IMG/VR virus record: IMGVR_UViG_3300042558_003926
Coordinates: 186,001-250,000 of that record
Length of the DNA: 64,000 nt
Direction: 5' to 3' (one strand)
The notes below the pieces were generated by a model. The model was not told the DNA's origin. It saw only the letters and a list, made by a program, of their open reading frames with translations, and made no database searches. Below are positions 19,590 through 29,342 of the stretch, in pieces. Position 1 is the first letter of the stretch; each line of letters opens with the position of its first letter. The position numbers and the translations under genes were made by a program.

Positions 19590-20231
19590 ATGAAAATAAT
19601 ACTAGCAAAAAATCAAAGACTATTCTTTACCTCAGATACACACTACAATCACACTAATATATGTAGGGGTATTTCTAATTGGGACGGAAGAAGGGGAACA
19701 AGAGATTTTAATTCCCTTGATGAAATGAATGCCTCAATTATCGATGGAATAAATTCCACTGTAGGAGAGGATGACGTTTTGGTTCACTTGGGGGATTGGA
19801 GTTTCGGTGGGTTTGATTCAATATCTGAATTCCGAGAAAAAATAAATTGTAAGAACGTTATTCTTTTCCTAGGAAACCACGATCATCATATCCGACGAAA
19901 CAAAGAGGAGATCCAAAAAATATTCGCTAACGTTACAGATTATGATGTATTGGATGTTCGTGTTCCTGAGGGTAAGGAAACCAAAAAATATCAATTTGTC
20001 TGTTCACACTATCCTATAGCTAGCTGGGATGGGATGGGAAAGGGTGTACCTCATTTGCATGGACATGTACACCTTCCCCCACATCTCCGATTACATGAGG
20101 GTAAAGCGATGGATGTTGGTATGGATGGGAACAACCTAATTCCTCATTTAATGGAGGACATTTTGGAAATGCTGAGTGGCCGACCGAATAAGTATCTGGT
20201 TTTACCTAAAGATCATCACACTGAAATTTAA
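19590..20231 (+). CDS. Calcineurin-like metallophosphoesterase
   Basis: SDTHYNH, HLGD, GNHDH, SHYP, HGHVH. Confidence 0.9.
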   Translation: MKIILAKNQRLFFTSDTHYNHTNICRGISNWDGRRGTRDFNSLDEMNASIIDGINSTVGEDDVLVHLGDWSFGGFDSISEFREKINCKNVILFLGNHDHHIRRNKEEIQKIFANVTDYDVLDVRVPEGKETKKYQFVCSHYPIASWDGMGKGVPHLHGHVHLPPHLRLHEGKAMDVGMDGNNLIPHLMEDILEMLSGRPNKYLVLPKDHHTEI

Positions 20232-20255
20232 AAAAAGTTATGCTAGAATACAATG

Positions 20256-20280
20256 TTGCCGTAAGAAGGTTTTATATTTG
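20256..20280 (+). promoter_or_regulatory. Putative early promoter (GCCG-N11-TATATTTG)
   Basis: Motif copy lacking the T-run. Confidence 0.5.
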
Positions 20281-20389
20281 GAGGTTAGAACTATGGTGGA
20301 TCGCTTTCGATTCACCCAGATTCTATCCAGAGGGTAGAACCCATCTAAAAGGTAATTGGTTCTGGAGAAATAGAAAAAAATAAAAAATA

Positions 20390-20842
20390 ATGGAAAAGAC
20401 AAATTCTAGAAACGAGAACTCTGACGTTCTAAAGCCTACCCTCTTTATAGTGAGAGGTATACCAGGCTCTGGTAAATCTACATTTGCGAATCACATCTGG
20501 AACGAATATGCAATCTGCGAGGCAGATAAGTTCTTCTATGACAAAGAGGGAAACTACAACTTCGATGTCTCTAGATTAAGAGAAGCCCACGAATGGTGCA
20601 GAAAAGAAGTAGAGACTAGAATGCAGGACAATAAGGTCAATCCTCAGTTTTATCCGGAGATAGTAGTCTCCAATACATCCACTCAGGAGTGGGAGATGAA
20701 AGCATACTTTGATCTTGCCGAGAGATACGGGTATCGCGTGGTTTCCCTAATAGTTGAGAACAGACATGGTGCTAAAAACACCCACAATGTTCCTGATGAG
20801 GTATTGGATAACATGAGAAGTAGATTTGAGATTAAGCTATAA
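20390..20842 (+). CDS. P-loop kinase (polynucleotide kinase-like, AAA_33 type)
   Basis: RGIPGSGKST, CEAD, AHEWC, VVSNT. Confidence 0.85.
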   Translation: MEKTNSRNENSDVLKPTLFIVRGIPGSGKSTFANHIWNEYAICEADKFFYDKEGNYNFDVSRLREAHEWCRKEVETRMQDNKVNPQFYPEIVVSNTSTQEWEMKAYFDLAERYGYRVVSLIVENRHGAKNTHNVPDEVLDNMRSRFEIKL

Positions 20843-20900
20843 GAATAAAGAGGGTAAGATACCAGTATAAAAAGTAAAAATAAAAAGGGAAAGAAAGAAT

Positions 20901-21299
20901 ATGAGCGAACTCAGGATAAAAAAGCAAACAGTAAAGTACAGCGATTTCAAAATTAATTTCATAAAAATACAAAATAAGAAAGATATAGAGAGAAAGATAT
21001 CCAGATCACTGGAGGATGTATCATTTTTGATAACCTCTCTACTTTTCGAAATGCCCACAAAAAATACACTTCAGAAGCTGGCTAAAAGAATGGAACCATT
21101 GTTTTTACCGGACGATAAGAAATACAAAATAGAGCTAGTGGTTTCGGATGATAGCAGTAAGGGTCTTCCTGCATATTGGACTAATCTTGGATTCGAGGCC
21201 TATGTAAAGGACATAGAAAATAGAAACAGATTCGAGTTTCTGGACTATATTATAATGAAGGAGAAAGTCTCCGAAGTTGAAAACTGGATAAAGTTATAA
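20901..21299 (+). CDS. Hypothetical protein
   Basis: ORF in the operon. Confidence 0.55.
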   Translation: MSELRIKKQTVKYSDFKINFIKIQNKKDIERKISRSLEDVSFLITSLLFEMPTKNTLQKLAKRMEPLFLPDDKKYKIELVVSDDSSKGLPAYWTNLGFEAYVKDIENRNRFEFLDYIIMKEKVSEVENWIKL

Positions 21300-21300
21300 A

Positions 21301-21708
21301 ATGTACAATCTTTTTTTAGATGACTTCAGACACCCCTACGACTGCGTAGCATACATGGTGGATCCAATTAAATACGCAAAGTGGAACTGGGTAATCGTAA
21401 GAAGTCATGACGAGTTCGTGAAAAAAATCGAGGAGGATGGTTTACCCATTTTAATCTCGTTTGATCATGATCTAGCGGACGAACATTATGACAATTCAAT
21501 GTACCAAGGGGTGGATGAATATAATAAGAAGTACGATCATTTTAAAGAAAAAACGGGTCTAGATTGTGCTAAGTGGTTGACTGAACACTGCATGGACACC
21601 AACCAGAAACTTCCCGAGTTTGAGATCCACTCAATGAATCCAGCTGGTGGGGAGAATATAAGATCGCTGCTGATGAGTTTTAAGAAATTTCAGAATAGCG
21701 AAATTTAG
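21301..21708 (+). CDS. Cyclic-phosphate-processing receiver-like protein (RNA repair associated)
   Basis: LFLDDFRHP, ISFDHDL, TGLDCAKWL, HSMNPAG. Confidence 0.75.
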   Translation: MYNLFLDDFRHPYDCVAYMVDPIKYAKWNWVIVRSHDEFVKKIEEDGLPILISFDHDLADEHYDNSMYQGVDEYNKKYDHFKEKTGLDCAKWLTEHCMDTNQKLPEFEIHSMNPAGGENIRSLLMSFKKFQNSEI

Positions 21709-21729
21709 TAATTTTAAAAAATCAAACTT

Positions 21730-21858
21730 ATGTCGGAATTAATCGAAATATCAAATTATCTGCTACTGAATTATTGGTGGATAATCGTACCTTCAGCTTT
21801 CGTATTTGGATGTGCTGCTGCATATCTAGAATGTAAAATAACAAATAACTGTAAATAA
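21730..21858 (+). CDS. Small membrane protein (42 aa)
   Basis: Hand translation MSELIEISNYLLLNYWWIIVPSAFVFGCAAAYLECKITNNCK. Confidence 0.45.
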   Translation: MSELIEISNYLLLNYWWIIVPSAFVFGCAAAYLECKITNNCK

Positions 21859-21861
21859 AAA

Positions 21862-22533
21862 ATGGACGTCAATAAAGAATTTGAGAAATATTCTCTCAGC
21901 GAAGGTATAAGTTCTCTTAGCCTTGATTATTATAAAAAACAAATTGAGTCATCAATGACCCCGATGATTCTGGAGGAAAGAGAATTAAGAGTTACCCAGA
22001 TGACGGTCTTCGATCGATTAATGATGGATAGGATCCTCTGGGTTGCAGGCCCCGTCAACGATAGAATGTCTACAGTTGTTCAAGCTCAATTGATGTTCTT
22101 ATCTTCTTTCGATGCCAAGAAAGACATTACGATGCACATAGACTCACCCGGAGGATCGGTGAAGTCCGGATTAAGTATAGTTGATGTTATGCAATACATA
22201 AAACCGGACATCATCACAGTTAACACCGGTATGGCAGCTTCAATGGGATCTGTACTTTTAGGTGCGGGGACAAAGGGTAAAAGATCTTCACTTAGATTTA
22301 GTAAGGTGATGCTTCATCAATCCAGCGGCGGATTCAGAGGAAACATTCAGGATGCAGAGGTTGACTGGAAAGAATGGAAAGAGGTGAATCAGATTCTATT
22401 TGATCTTCTTGGAGAATTTTGCGATAAGGATCCTGAGGTAGTTAAGAACGATGCAACCAGAGATTTCTGGCTAAGCTCGGCCGAAGCAGTAGAATATGGA
22501 ATTATAGACGAGGTGATTAAGTCACAGAAATAG
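21862..22533 (+). CDS. clpP: ATP-dependent Clp protease proteolytic subunit
   Basis: FDRLMMDRI, IDSPGGSV, GMAASMG (Ser), VMLHQ (His), RDFWLS...YGIID. Confidence 0.92.
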   Translation: MDVNKEFEKYSLSEGISSLSLDYYKKQIESSMTPMILEERELRVTQMTVFDRLMMDRILWVAGPVNDRMSTVVQAQLMFLSSFDAKKDITMHIDSPGGSVKSGLSIVDVMQYIKPDIITVNTGMAASMGSVLLGAGTKGKRSSLRFSKVMLHQSSGGFRGNIQDAEVDWKEWKEVNQILFDLLGEFCDKDPEVVKNDATRDFWLSSAEAVEYGIIDEVIKSQK

Positions 22534-22588
22534 TTAATTTCTCTTTGTTATAGCAACTCTAAACGATAAATATCGTGTATAAAAACAG

Positions 22589-22777
22589 TTGCTAATGGAA
22601 AGGGATAGAGATCCGGTCGGTATTTTTGTAGTTTCACTACTAGTTTCATTGCTTTATATTTTCGGAACGGTTAGCAAAAAAGAGAAAGATGCTATGAACT
22701 TAAAAAATGATAGCATCAGGAAAGAAAATAAGCGTAAAGAAAAATATATACAGCATGAAGAATATACTAGACTTTAA
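22589..22777 (+). CDS. Small hypothetical membrane protein
   Basis: One hydrophobic segment; overlaps the next gene's promoter and start. Confidence 0.35.
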   Translation: MLMERDRDPVGIFVVSLLVSLLYIFGTVSKKEKDAMNLKNDSIRKENKRKEKYIQHEEYTRL

Positions 22778-23441
22778 TCAGTTCAGTGAGATCAACGAGG
22801 CATATAAGCCATCCAGTGGGATGGATTATGTGAAGAATATGATAAAAGGTGGTGTAAAATCAGCAGCAGATTTTCTTAAAAAACCTAAGGTTGTCAAAAA
22901 AACCCCCATCGATAATTCGGAATATTGGACTCTAATAACTATAATGGCATGTGAGAATTTCTCAGATCAAAAACAAGGTATGTCCGATACAGCCCAATCA
23001 ATCTACAATAGATTAGCAGTTCCAAATAAACCTTACGGAAAAACGATTAAGGAGATAATTCTTGCTAAGGGACAATATGAGCCGGTTAGTGTAGGTAAAA
23101 AAAGAGGAGCAGATTGGAATAACATAAACTCAAAAGAGAAGGCTATAACGGTATACATGAAAACCAAAAAGCTAGACAGAAATAAAGCCACCGCTGCCAT
23201 TAATAACGCTATATTGGCTCAAAAAGATCCAAAATTGGCTAAGGAAGCTGGAAAGCACGTTCAATCCAGAACGGAGTTCTTAGCTGATAAACCAAAAAGC
23301 GGAGGAGCAGCTAAACCAGTAGAGAGACAAAGTCCTAAGACTAACAATGCCTTTTTCTGGAACTATGCAGGAAAAACTAGATTCTATTCTAAGAATGATT
23401 TAGCTCCTAAGCCTAAACCAGGAAACGTTAACGTAGCTTAA
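22755..23441 (+). CDS. SleB-like cell wall hydrolase with CTS-like tag
   Basis: MKNILDFNQFSEINEA; IMACEN...QSIYNRL...YGKTIKEIILAKGQYEP; AATATATA at 22743-22750. Confidence 0.7.
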   Translation: MKNILDFNQFSEINEAYKPSSGMDYVKNMIKGGVKSAADFLKKPKVVKKTPIDNSEYWTLITIMACENFSDQKQGMSDTAQSIYNRLAVPNKPYGKTIKEIILAKGQYEPVSVGKKRGADWNNINSKEKAITVYMKTKKLDRNKATAAINNAILAQKDPKLAKEAGKHVQSRTEFLADKPKSGGAAKPVERQSPKTNNAFFWNYAGKTRFYSKNDLAPKPKPGNVNVA

Positions 23442-24016
23442 TCCTTTTTATCTTTCATGTTTTTTCTAGCTCTTTTATAAAGAGCCTTATCTGACATTTC
23501 AGTAGTTCTCCCGCCGGTTACAAATGAGTTCACTCGTGCAAATGCCCACTGTTGTGGGGTAGTTCCTGGAACATGTCCAGTTTTCCAAGCTGCATACCCT
23601 CTGCTCCAGACTTGTTTCAATATACCGAGCGGGAATCCAGTCTTATCAGATTTTTTCTTCAAAGCTTTATAGACTGGTGAATTCTTACCCATTTTTTCAT
23701 TTAGAATCTCTTCGGTTAAAGAATCATCCTCCAAAACTATCTCCTCAAATACATTATCTGGAATATTAGAAAAATCTTCATATGATAATACCATACCTTC
23801 CGTATCATCGTCTTCCTCGAACATCTCCTTATACTTCTTGGTGTATTTACTAGGTTTAGTTTCTACTGGTTTACCCTTACCTGCCTTTCTACTTTTATAA
23901 TCAGCATCCCAAGGACCATAAGCTGAAGAATCATTATCCGATTTATCCGCATGTTTCTTGATTTCCCTCTTCATAACTTCGGGATTAGTTTTTAAGTATT
24001 TCTTTGGAAGTTTCAT
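23438..24016 (-). CDS. Phage protein, DUF5824-like
   Basis: YGPWDAD; LKKKSDKTGFPLGILKQVWSRGYAAW...PQQWAFARVNSF; family name recalled from memory. Confidence 0.6.
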   Translation of the reverse strand: MKLPKKYLKTNPEVMKREIKKHADKSDNDSSAYGPWDADYKSRKAGKGKPVETKPSKYTKKYKEMFEEDDDTEGMVLSYEDFSNIPDNVFEEIVLEDDSLTEEILNEKMGKNSPVYKALKKKSDKTGFPLGILKQVWSRGYAAWKTGHVPGTTPQQWAFARVNSFVTGGRTTEMSDKALYKRARKNMKDKKD

Positions 24017-24017
24017 A

Positions 24018-25106
24018 TTATTTAAGATATCCTTTTAGTTGACTTGGTCGATTAGTCATGATTAGACTAGGTTTTATGTTTTTAACTATTTTTTCCCATG
24101 CTGTCTTAGAATCTCCTCTGTAAGAAGCACCGTTTGTATTTTTGGTTCCTCCTACCGCAACTACCATGGGATAAACACCCTTAGTTCTCAGAGAATCCGA
24201 CATATATCCATTAAGTATATAGGAGTCAGAGTCACTGAACTGATATTCGAAAAACCCCGGGGTTGTTTTTGATACTATATCATCAGCCGAGATCTTAGAT
24301 TTTATTTTCCCCACATTAGTGGTGGGGAGAATGGGCATCCATTTGATACCCATTGTCTTAACTATGGATGGAGGATAGTATGATTGACCCTTTGCTACTA
24401 TTTGATTTTCTATCCCTCTAAGCATTCCAATTTTATTGATCACTGACAATTCTTTAGCGTCGCATTTATCTAATTGTAGCATTGTTTTGGATGAGTATTT
24501 TTTTATAAGATTCACAACATCCTGAAGGGAACATATTTTCTGGGATGGGTCGGAATTATAAGAAATCACTTTAACCTGGCTCCAATTCAGATTCTGTATC
24601 TTTCCTTTACCATTAGTTTTAGAATCAAGACGGGAGTCATGGAAAAGAACAGGAACACCATCGGCTGTTATTTGTATATCTATTTCTATCATGTCTATCT
24701 TGGCCTTGATATTCTCCTCGATGTTCTTTAGACAATTCTCTGCCTTGGATGCACCGGGACCATCCCATTTACCAGCATGTGAGCAGATCATAGTTGATGT
24801 GTTCGTGGAAGGAATAAAGTCCTGTTTATTACCTGGTGTTAAATTAGTAGCCGTATTTGTAGGTGTATTTGTAGGTGTGTTGGAATAAGTTGTTTGCTGG
24901 GCTACTTTTTTTCTAGCCTGTGGATGTCTAGAATCAAGAATGTCCGTTGCCGTCTGGTTACCTGATAAGGACTTCCAGTCCTTTATATCTTTACCCTTGG
25001 TCATCCATACGTTATTAATCACTTTGTATTGATACGGATCTCCTGGGGTTTTATAGATCTTCTCAGATTCTAAAATAAACTCGTTAAATTCTAAGATTAT
25101 TCTCAT
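24018..25106 (-). CDS. Glycerophosphodiester phosphodiesterase-domain protein with CTS-like tag
   Basis: MRIILEFNEFILES; CSHAG...AENCL...MIEIDIQITADGVPVLFHD; GDPD-like C-terminus IMTNRP. Confidence 0.8.
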   Translation of the reverse strand: MRIILEFNEFILESEKIYKTPGDPYQYKVINNVWMTKGKDIKDWKSLSGNQTATDILDSRHPQARKKVAQQTTYSNTPTNTPTNTATNLTPGNKQDFIPSTNTSTMICSHAGKWDGPGASKAENCLKNIEENIKAKIDMIEIDIQITADGVPVLFHDSRLDSKTNGKGKIQNLNWSQVKVISYNSDPSQKICSLQDVVNLIKKYSSKTMLQLDKCDAKELSVINKIGMLRGIENQIVAKGQSYYPPSIVKTMGIKWMPILPTTNVGKIKSKISADDIVSKTTPGFFEYQFSDSDSYILNGYMSDSLRTKGVYPMVVAVGGTKNTNGASYRGDSKTAWEKIVKNIKPSLIMTNRPSQLKGYLK

Positions 25107-25109
25107 AGT

Positions 25110-25118
25110 TTATATATC
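25110..25118 (-). promoter_or_regulatory. Putative late promoter GATATATAA
   Basis: 3 nt upstream of the tagged GDPD start. Confidence 0.55.
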
Positions 25119-25123
25119 CTTAA

Positions 25124-25155
25124 TTTTTTATTACCGTCTTCCTGGATTACTTTTA
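25124..25155 (+). promoter_or_regulatory. Putative early promoter (ACCG-N11-TACTTTTA)
   Basis: Motif copy, back-to-back with a late promoter. Confidence 0.55.
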
Positions 25156-25171
25156 TGAAAAAAAAAACGAT

Positions 25172-26038
25172 ATGTCACACTTTACAGTAATGGTAATTGG
25201 CAACGATCCAGAAAACCAATTAGCCCCCTATCAGGAAAACAATATGGAAGATTGTCCGGAAGAGTATTTGTCCTTTGTAGACGAAACTGAATATTTAAAG
25301 GATGGATGGGATAAACTCACGGAGGATGAAAAGAATGGATACGGAAATTCGTTCGAAGAGTATGCTAAGGACGAGGGTTACAAAAAGCATCCAGAGGAAG
25401 AAAAATATGGGTTCTATGAAAATGCAAATGCCAAGTGGGACTGGTATCTTCTGGGAGGAAGATGGACTGGATTCTTAAAATTGAAAGACGGTGCCGAAGG
25501 TCAAATAGGAGAAGCGGGCATTATGACAAGAAGTGCAATACCAGGATTTGCAGATAGTGCAAGAAAAAAGGACATAGACTTTAACGGTATGAGAAAATCG
25601 GAGGCTGAGGATGCAGGTAAAACGTGGGACAAGGTAAATAAGATCCTCGGTGATGTTGAAATACCACATTCATGGGAACACGTTAGAGAAGTTATGTTCC
25701 CTGGCGACCTTCAAGCAGCTAGGGAGTACTACCACAATCAGGATGCAAACAAGAAAATAGATGAATGGAACAGAAAAAATAATCACTCACTATTTGGGGT
25801 GGATCCACTTGATTTTCTGACTGTTTCGAAGGAAGAGCATTGTCAAAAAGCTGCGGATTCTGCAATATCTACATTTGCTGTCTTAAAGGACGGTGTATGG
25901 TACGAGAAAGGAGAAATGGGATGGTGGGGAACAGTAAGTGGAGAAAAAGACCAATCCGACTGGAACAAAGAGGTCTCCAAAATGATAGAATCATTGGATG
26001 ATGATACCATGATCTCAATCTACGATTGTCACATATAA
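25172..26038 (+). CDS. Conserved phage hypothetical protein
   Basis: MSHFTVMVIG, NAKWDWYLLGGRW, GEMGWWG, IYDCHI. Confidence 0.75.
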   Translation: MSHFTVMVIGNDPENQLAPYQENNMEDCPEEYLSFVDETEYLKDGWDKLTEDEKNGYGNSFEEYAKDEGYKKHPEEEKYGFYENANAKWDWYLLGGRWTGFLKLKDGAEGQIGEAGIMTRSAIPGFADSARKKDIDFNGMRKSEAEDAGKTWDKVNKILGDVEIPHSWEHVREVMFPGDLQAAREYYHNQDANKKIDEWNRKNNHSLFGVDPLDFLTVSKEEHCQKAADSAISTFAVLKDGVWYEKGEMGWWGTVSGEKDQSDWNKEVSKMIESLDDDTMISIYDCHI

Positions 26039-26047
26039 GTATTAAAA

Positions 26048-27190
26048 ATGGAAAGAAAATTAGCCTCCATACAGAGAGTAAAGGAAATCCTTCATATAGA
26101 AGGAGCTGATGCTATTGAGATAGCAGTAATTAATTCTTGGAAAGTAGTAACTAAGAAAGGAGAATATAGTCCTGGTGATCTTTGCATCTACTGTGAAATA
26201 GACTCTTTCCTCCCAGTAAGAGATGATCTTGAATTTCTAAGAAAATCATCCTACAAGAAAATGGGAGATCTAGAGGGATTCAGATTAAAAACAATCCGTC
26301 TCAGAGGACAGATTAGTCAAGGACTCATTTTGCCGCTACATGTCTTGGAAGATGATGGTGAAATGAAGATCGGAACTAGCAAACAGCCCTGGGGAGATCA
26401 GCTCCAATTGGGTCCATATGATAATGCCTTAGTGATAGAGGAAGGAACCGACGTAACTGGAATTCTTGGAGTGGTTAAATATGAGCCACCGATACCTGCA
26501 GAGTTATCGGGTAAGGTTAAAGGATTTTTTCCTGGATTTATCAGAAAGACTGATGAGGAGAGAATCCAAAATATGACCAAGGAGTTTGATAATATGAAAT
26601 CCCAGAAGTATTACGTCACAGAGAAACTTGACGGTTCTTCTGCAACATACTACTTCAGAGACGGTGTTTTTGGTGTCTGTTCAAGGAATCTAGAATTGGC
26701 AGATCCCGGGGAGTTCCAACCAGGAACGGTCTTATGTGAAGATGGAGTGGAAAGACCTAAGAAGGAGAATACTTTCTGGAAGATTGCTAGGGAATTTTTC
26801 ATCGCAGAAAAACTCGGAACCCAGAATCAAAACTACGCAATCCAGGGAGAATTGATAGGTGAGGGCATTCAAGGAAATCCATACAGAATTAAAGGACATA
26901 AGGTTATGATCTTCAACGTTTTCAACATAGACGAACAGGAGTACCTTGGTCTTGATGAGATGAGAGACTTTTTAGATAAAATCAACGTAGACGGAAACCC
27001 CCTTGAATTAGTTCCAATTATATCAGAAGACTATCAACTTCCTGAAACTATAGATGAGATTCTAAATCAGGCGGAAGGAAAGTCGATCTTAAATAATCAA
27101 ACGGAAAGAGAGGGTATAGTTATTAGAAACCGTAACAAGACAGTTTCTTTCAAAGCTATCTCTAATAATTTTCTACTTAAAGAAAAATAA
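26048..27190 (+). CDS. RNA ligase (ATP), DRB0094-like (Rnl2-related)
   Basis: RKLASIQRV...GADAIE, EIDSFLP, RGQISQGL, TEKLDGSS, QGELIG, REGIV, FKAISN. Confidence 0.9.
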   Translation: MERKLASIQRVKEILHIEGADAIEIAVINSWKVVTKKGEYSPGDLCIYCEIDSFLPVRDDLEFLRKSSYKKMGDLEGFRLKTIRLRGQISQGLILPLHVLEDDGEMKIGTSKQPWGDQLQLGPYDNALVIEEGTDVTGILGVVKYEPPIPAELSGKVKGFFPGFIRKTDEERIQNMTKEFDNMKSQKYYVTEKLDGSSATYYFRDGVFGVCSRNLELADPGEFQPGTVLCEDGVERPKKENTFWKIAREFFIAEKLGTQNQNYAIQGELIGEGIQGNPYRIKGHKVMIFNVFNIDEQEYLGLDEMRDFLDKINVDGNPLELVPIISEDYQLPETIDEILNQAEGKSILNNQTEREGIVIRNRNKTVSFKAISNNFLLKEK

Positions 27191-27197
27191 AAAACGC

Positions 27198-27635
27198 ATG
27201 AATAAAACAATCTTGTTAATAGCAATATCCATTATCCTCGTTTCTTGTGAGGATGTAAATATCAAGAAGGCTTCTGATAAGGATAAGATTTCTTTAGATA
27301 CTACCGCAGAATTTTCGGATCAGAATTATAGCGTATATCGTTTAAATAACTGCGAGTACATTGTATACGGTTCAGGGAATAACAGATGGGGATCACATAG
27401 AGGCGATTGTAAAAATCCAATTCACAATAAATCAGAGGACAAAAATTCTTTCCCTTATGATTCCTCTATTTATCGGGAAAAGCATTTTGATTGTTATGTT
27501 GAAGAAATAATGGAGGAGGAGAATGAAAAATATAAGTATTGGGTTTACACTGAATGCGGGATTGCATTTTTAACCAATAGGAAATATAAAATAGGAGAAA
27601 AGCTTAAAGGATTTAAATCACCTAAGCACAAATGA
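27198..27635 (+). CDS. Putative lipoprotein
   Basis: MNKTILLIAISIILVSC lipobox. Confidence 0.65.
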   Translation: MNKTILLIAISIILVSCEDVNIKKASDKDKISLDTTAEFSDQNYSVYRLNNCEYIVYGSGNNRWGSHRGDCKNPIHNKSEDKNSFPYDSSIYREKHFDCYVEEIMEEENEKYKYWVYTECGIAFLTNRKYKIGEKLKGFKSPKHK

Positions 27636-28675
27636 GAATTTTAATAACCGGAGGTGCGGGGTACATTGGATCTCACACCGCAGTAGAAGCTTTAAGGGAG
27701 GGACACGATGTTGTAATCTTGGACTCATTCATAAATTCAGATAGATCTGCTGTAGAGAATATAGAAAAAGCCAGCGGAAAGAAAGTAGATCTAGTAGAAT
27801 GTGATCTCAGCTTACCTATGCACATGGTTTTTGAAAAATTAGACTCTCTTGATCCTAATTTTGATTCGGTGATACACTTTGCAGCATTAAAATCTTCTCC
27901 AGAATCGGTTTCCAATCCAATAGAATATTATGATAACAATCTGAAATCACTTCTTAATATTCTGAAATTCTGCAAGATTCGGAATGTTAAAAATTTTATA
28001 TTCTCAAGTTCCGCTACTGTTTATGGCGATCCCCAATTTTTACCAATTACAGAGGAACATCCAATCGGGAAGGGCACTACTCCCTACGGATCTTCTAAGG
28101 TTATGGGTGAGTGGATAGTTGAGGACACGACAAAATCACAGAACATTAGATCAGTTGCTCTGAGATATTTTAATCCAGCAGGAGCTGATAACAGCTTATT
28201 AATAGGGGAACTACCAAAAGGGAAACCGAGCAACCTTGTCCCCATCATAACACAATCTGCTGCAGGAGTATATGGACCGATGACTATAACAGGGTCGGAT
28301 TTTCCAACTCCTGATGGTACAGCTATTAGGGATTATATACACGTGACAGATCTCGCAATCGCTCATCTAAAAGCTTTATCTTGGCTGGAATCTCAGAATA
28401 TCGGGACTTTCGATTACTTCAACATAGGAACAGGAAAGGGGACATCAGTTTATGAAATGGCGGAAACATTTGTCTTCTGCGTTGAGCCGGATCTTTTAGT
28501 TTGCGAAAGAGGACCAAGAAGGCCAGGAGATCCTGCTGAAGTTTGGTGCGACAGTACCAAGGCTAATTCTATTCTGGGATGGGAGTCTAAATTCGGTGTG
28601 AAGGATATTTTAAATAGCGCATGGGAGTGGGAAAAGAAAATTCGTTGGGAAGATACTGATAATATTTATCACTAA
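27632..28675 (+). CDS. galE: UDP-glucose 4-epimerase
   Basis: ITGGAGYIGSHT, FSSSATVYG, YGSSK, LRYFNPAG, DGTAIRDYIHV, RRPGD. Confidence 0.93.
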   Translation: MRILITGGAGYIGSHTAVEALREGHDVVILDSFINSDRSAVENIEKASGKKVDLVECDLSLPMHMVFEKLDSLDPNFDSVIHFAALKSSPESVSNPIEYYDNNLKSLLNILKFCKIRNVKNFIFSSSATVYGDPQFLPITEEHPIGKGTTPYGSSKVMGEWIVEDTTKSQNIRSVALRYFNPAGADNSLLIGELPKGKPSNLVPIITQSAAGVYGPMTITGSDFPTPDGTAIRDYIHVTDLAIAHLKALSWLESQNIGTFDYFNIGTGKGTSVYEMAETFVFCVEPDLLVCERGPRRPGDPAEVWCDSTKANSILGWESKFGVKDILNSAWEWEKKIRWEDTDNIYH

Positions 28676-28714
28676 AAGGAAACATAAGATCCATATATAG
28701 ATAAAATATCTAAT

Positions 28715-28906
28715 ATGATGATCTACTGTCTAATATTTTTTGCTCCTGGAGTTCCCATCTGGATAACTATGGAGCTATTGTCTCTTTTTTCTAAGGATGA
28801 GGAATATAGAATGGACAGCTTTATTGAGAGGGTCATCATTTTCCACTTTTGGCCTTTTGTCGGTTATTTTCTATACCACAAATTATTCAGGTCTAGGTGT
28901 GATTAG
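28715..28906 (+). CDS. Small membrane protein
   Basis: Hydrophobic 63-aa ORF. Confidence 0.5.
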   Translation: MMIYCLIFFAPGVPIWITMELLSLFSKDEEYRMDSFIERVIIFHFWPFVGYFLYHKLFRSRCD

Positions 28907-28922
28907 ATAAAACATTCTAAAT

Positions 28923-29330
28923 ATGAGGAAAGGTAAACAAAACAAGCCTAAGGAGACGGAGGTTACGGATCTAGAAGTAGCCAAAAAAATGCTAAAAATA
29001 CACCAGAGCGCACAAGACAGAAAATTAGAATTCGATCTTTCATTCGAATCAGTAAAGAAACTTTTAGCTTACCAGACATGTTATTACACTGGTAAAAAAT
29101 TCGAGGAAGAGGGATTACTCGCAAGAAGCTTTGATAGAATAGATTCAGCAAAGGGTTACATCGAGGGAAATGTTGTAGCTTGTACCGTTGATATAAACGG
29201 GAAGAAAAGCAATTTAAGTTTGGATGAAATAGAGTGTCTCTACAATAAACTAATAGTAAAAATGTGTCCAAAAAAGGATCCGGATTTAATAAGTGTAGAG
29301 ATAACCGATATTAAGGATGTTGAATCCTAG
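28923..29330 (+). CDS. HNH/endonuclease VII-like protein
   Basis: CYYTG...SFDRIDSAKGYIEGNVVACTVDIN. Confidence 0.6.
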   Translation: MRKGKQNKPKETEVTDLEVAKKMLKIHQSAQDRKLEFDLSFESVKKLLAYQTCYYTGKKFEEEGLLARSFDRIDSAKGYIEGNVVACTVDINGKKSNLSLDEIECLYNKLIVKMCPKKDPDLISVEITDIKDVES

Positions 29331-29337
29331 ATATATA
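29330..29337 (+). promoter_or_regulatory. Putative late promoter GATATATA
   Basis: Directly upstream of three tagged genes. Confidence 0.55.
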
Positions 29338-29342
29338 CCTAC

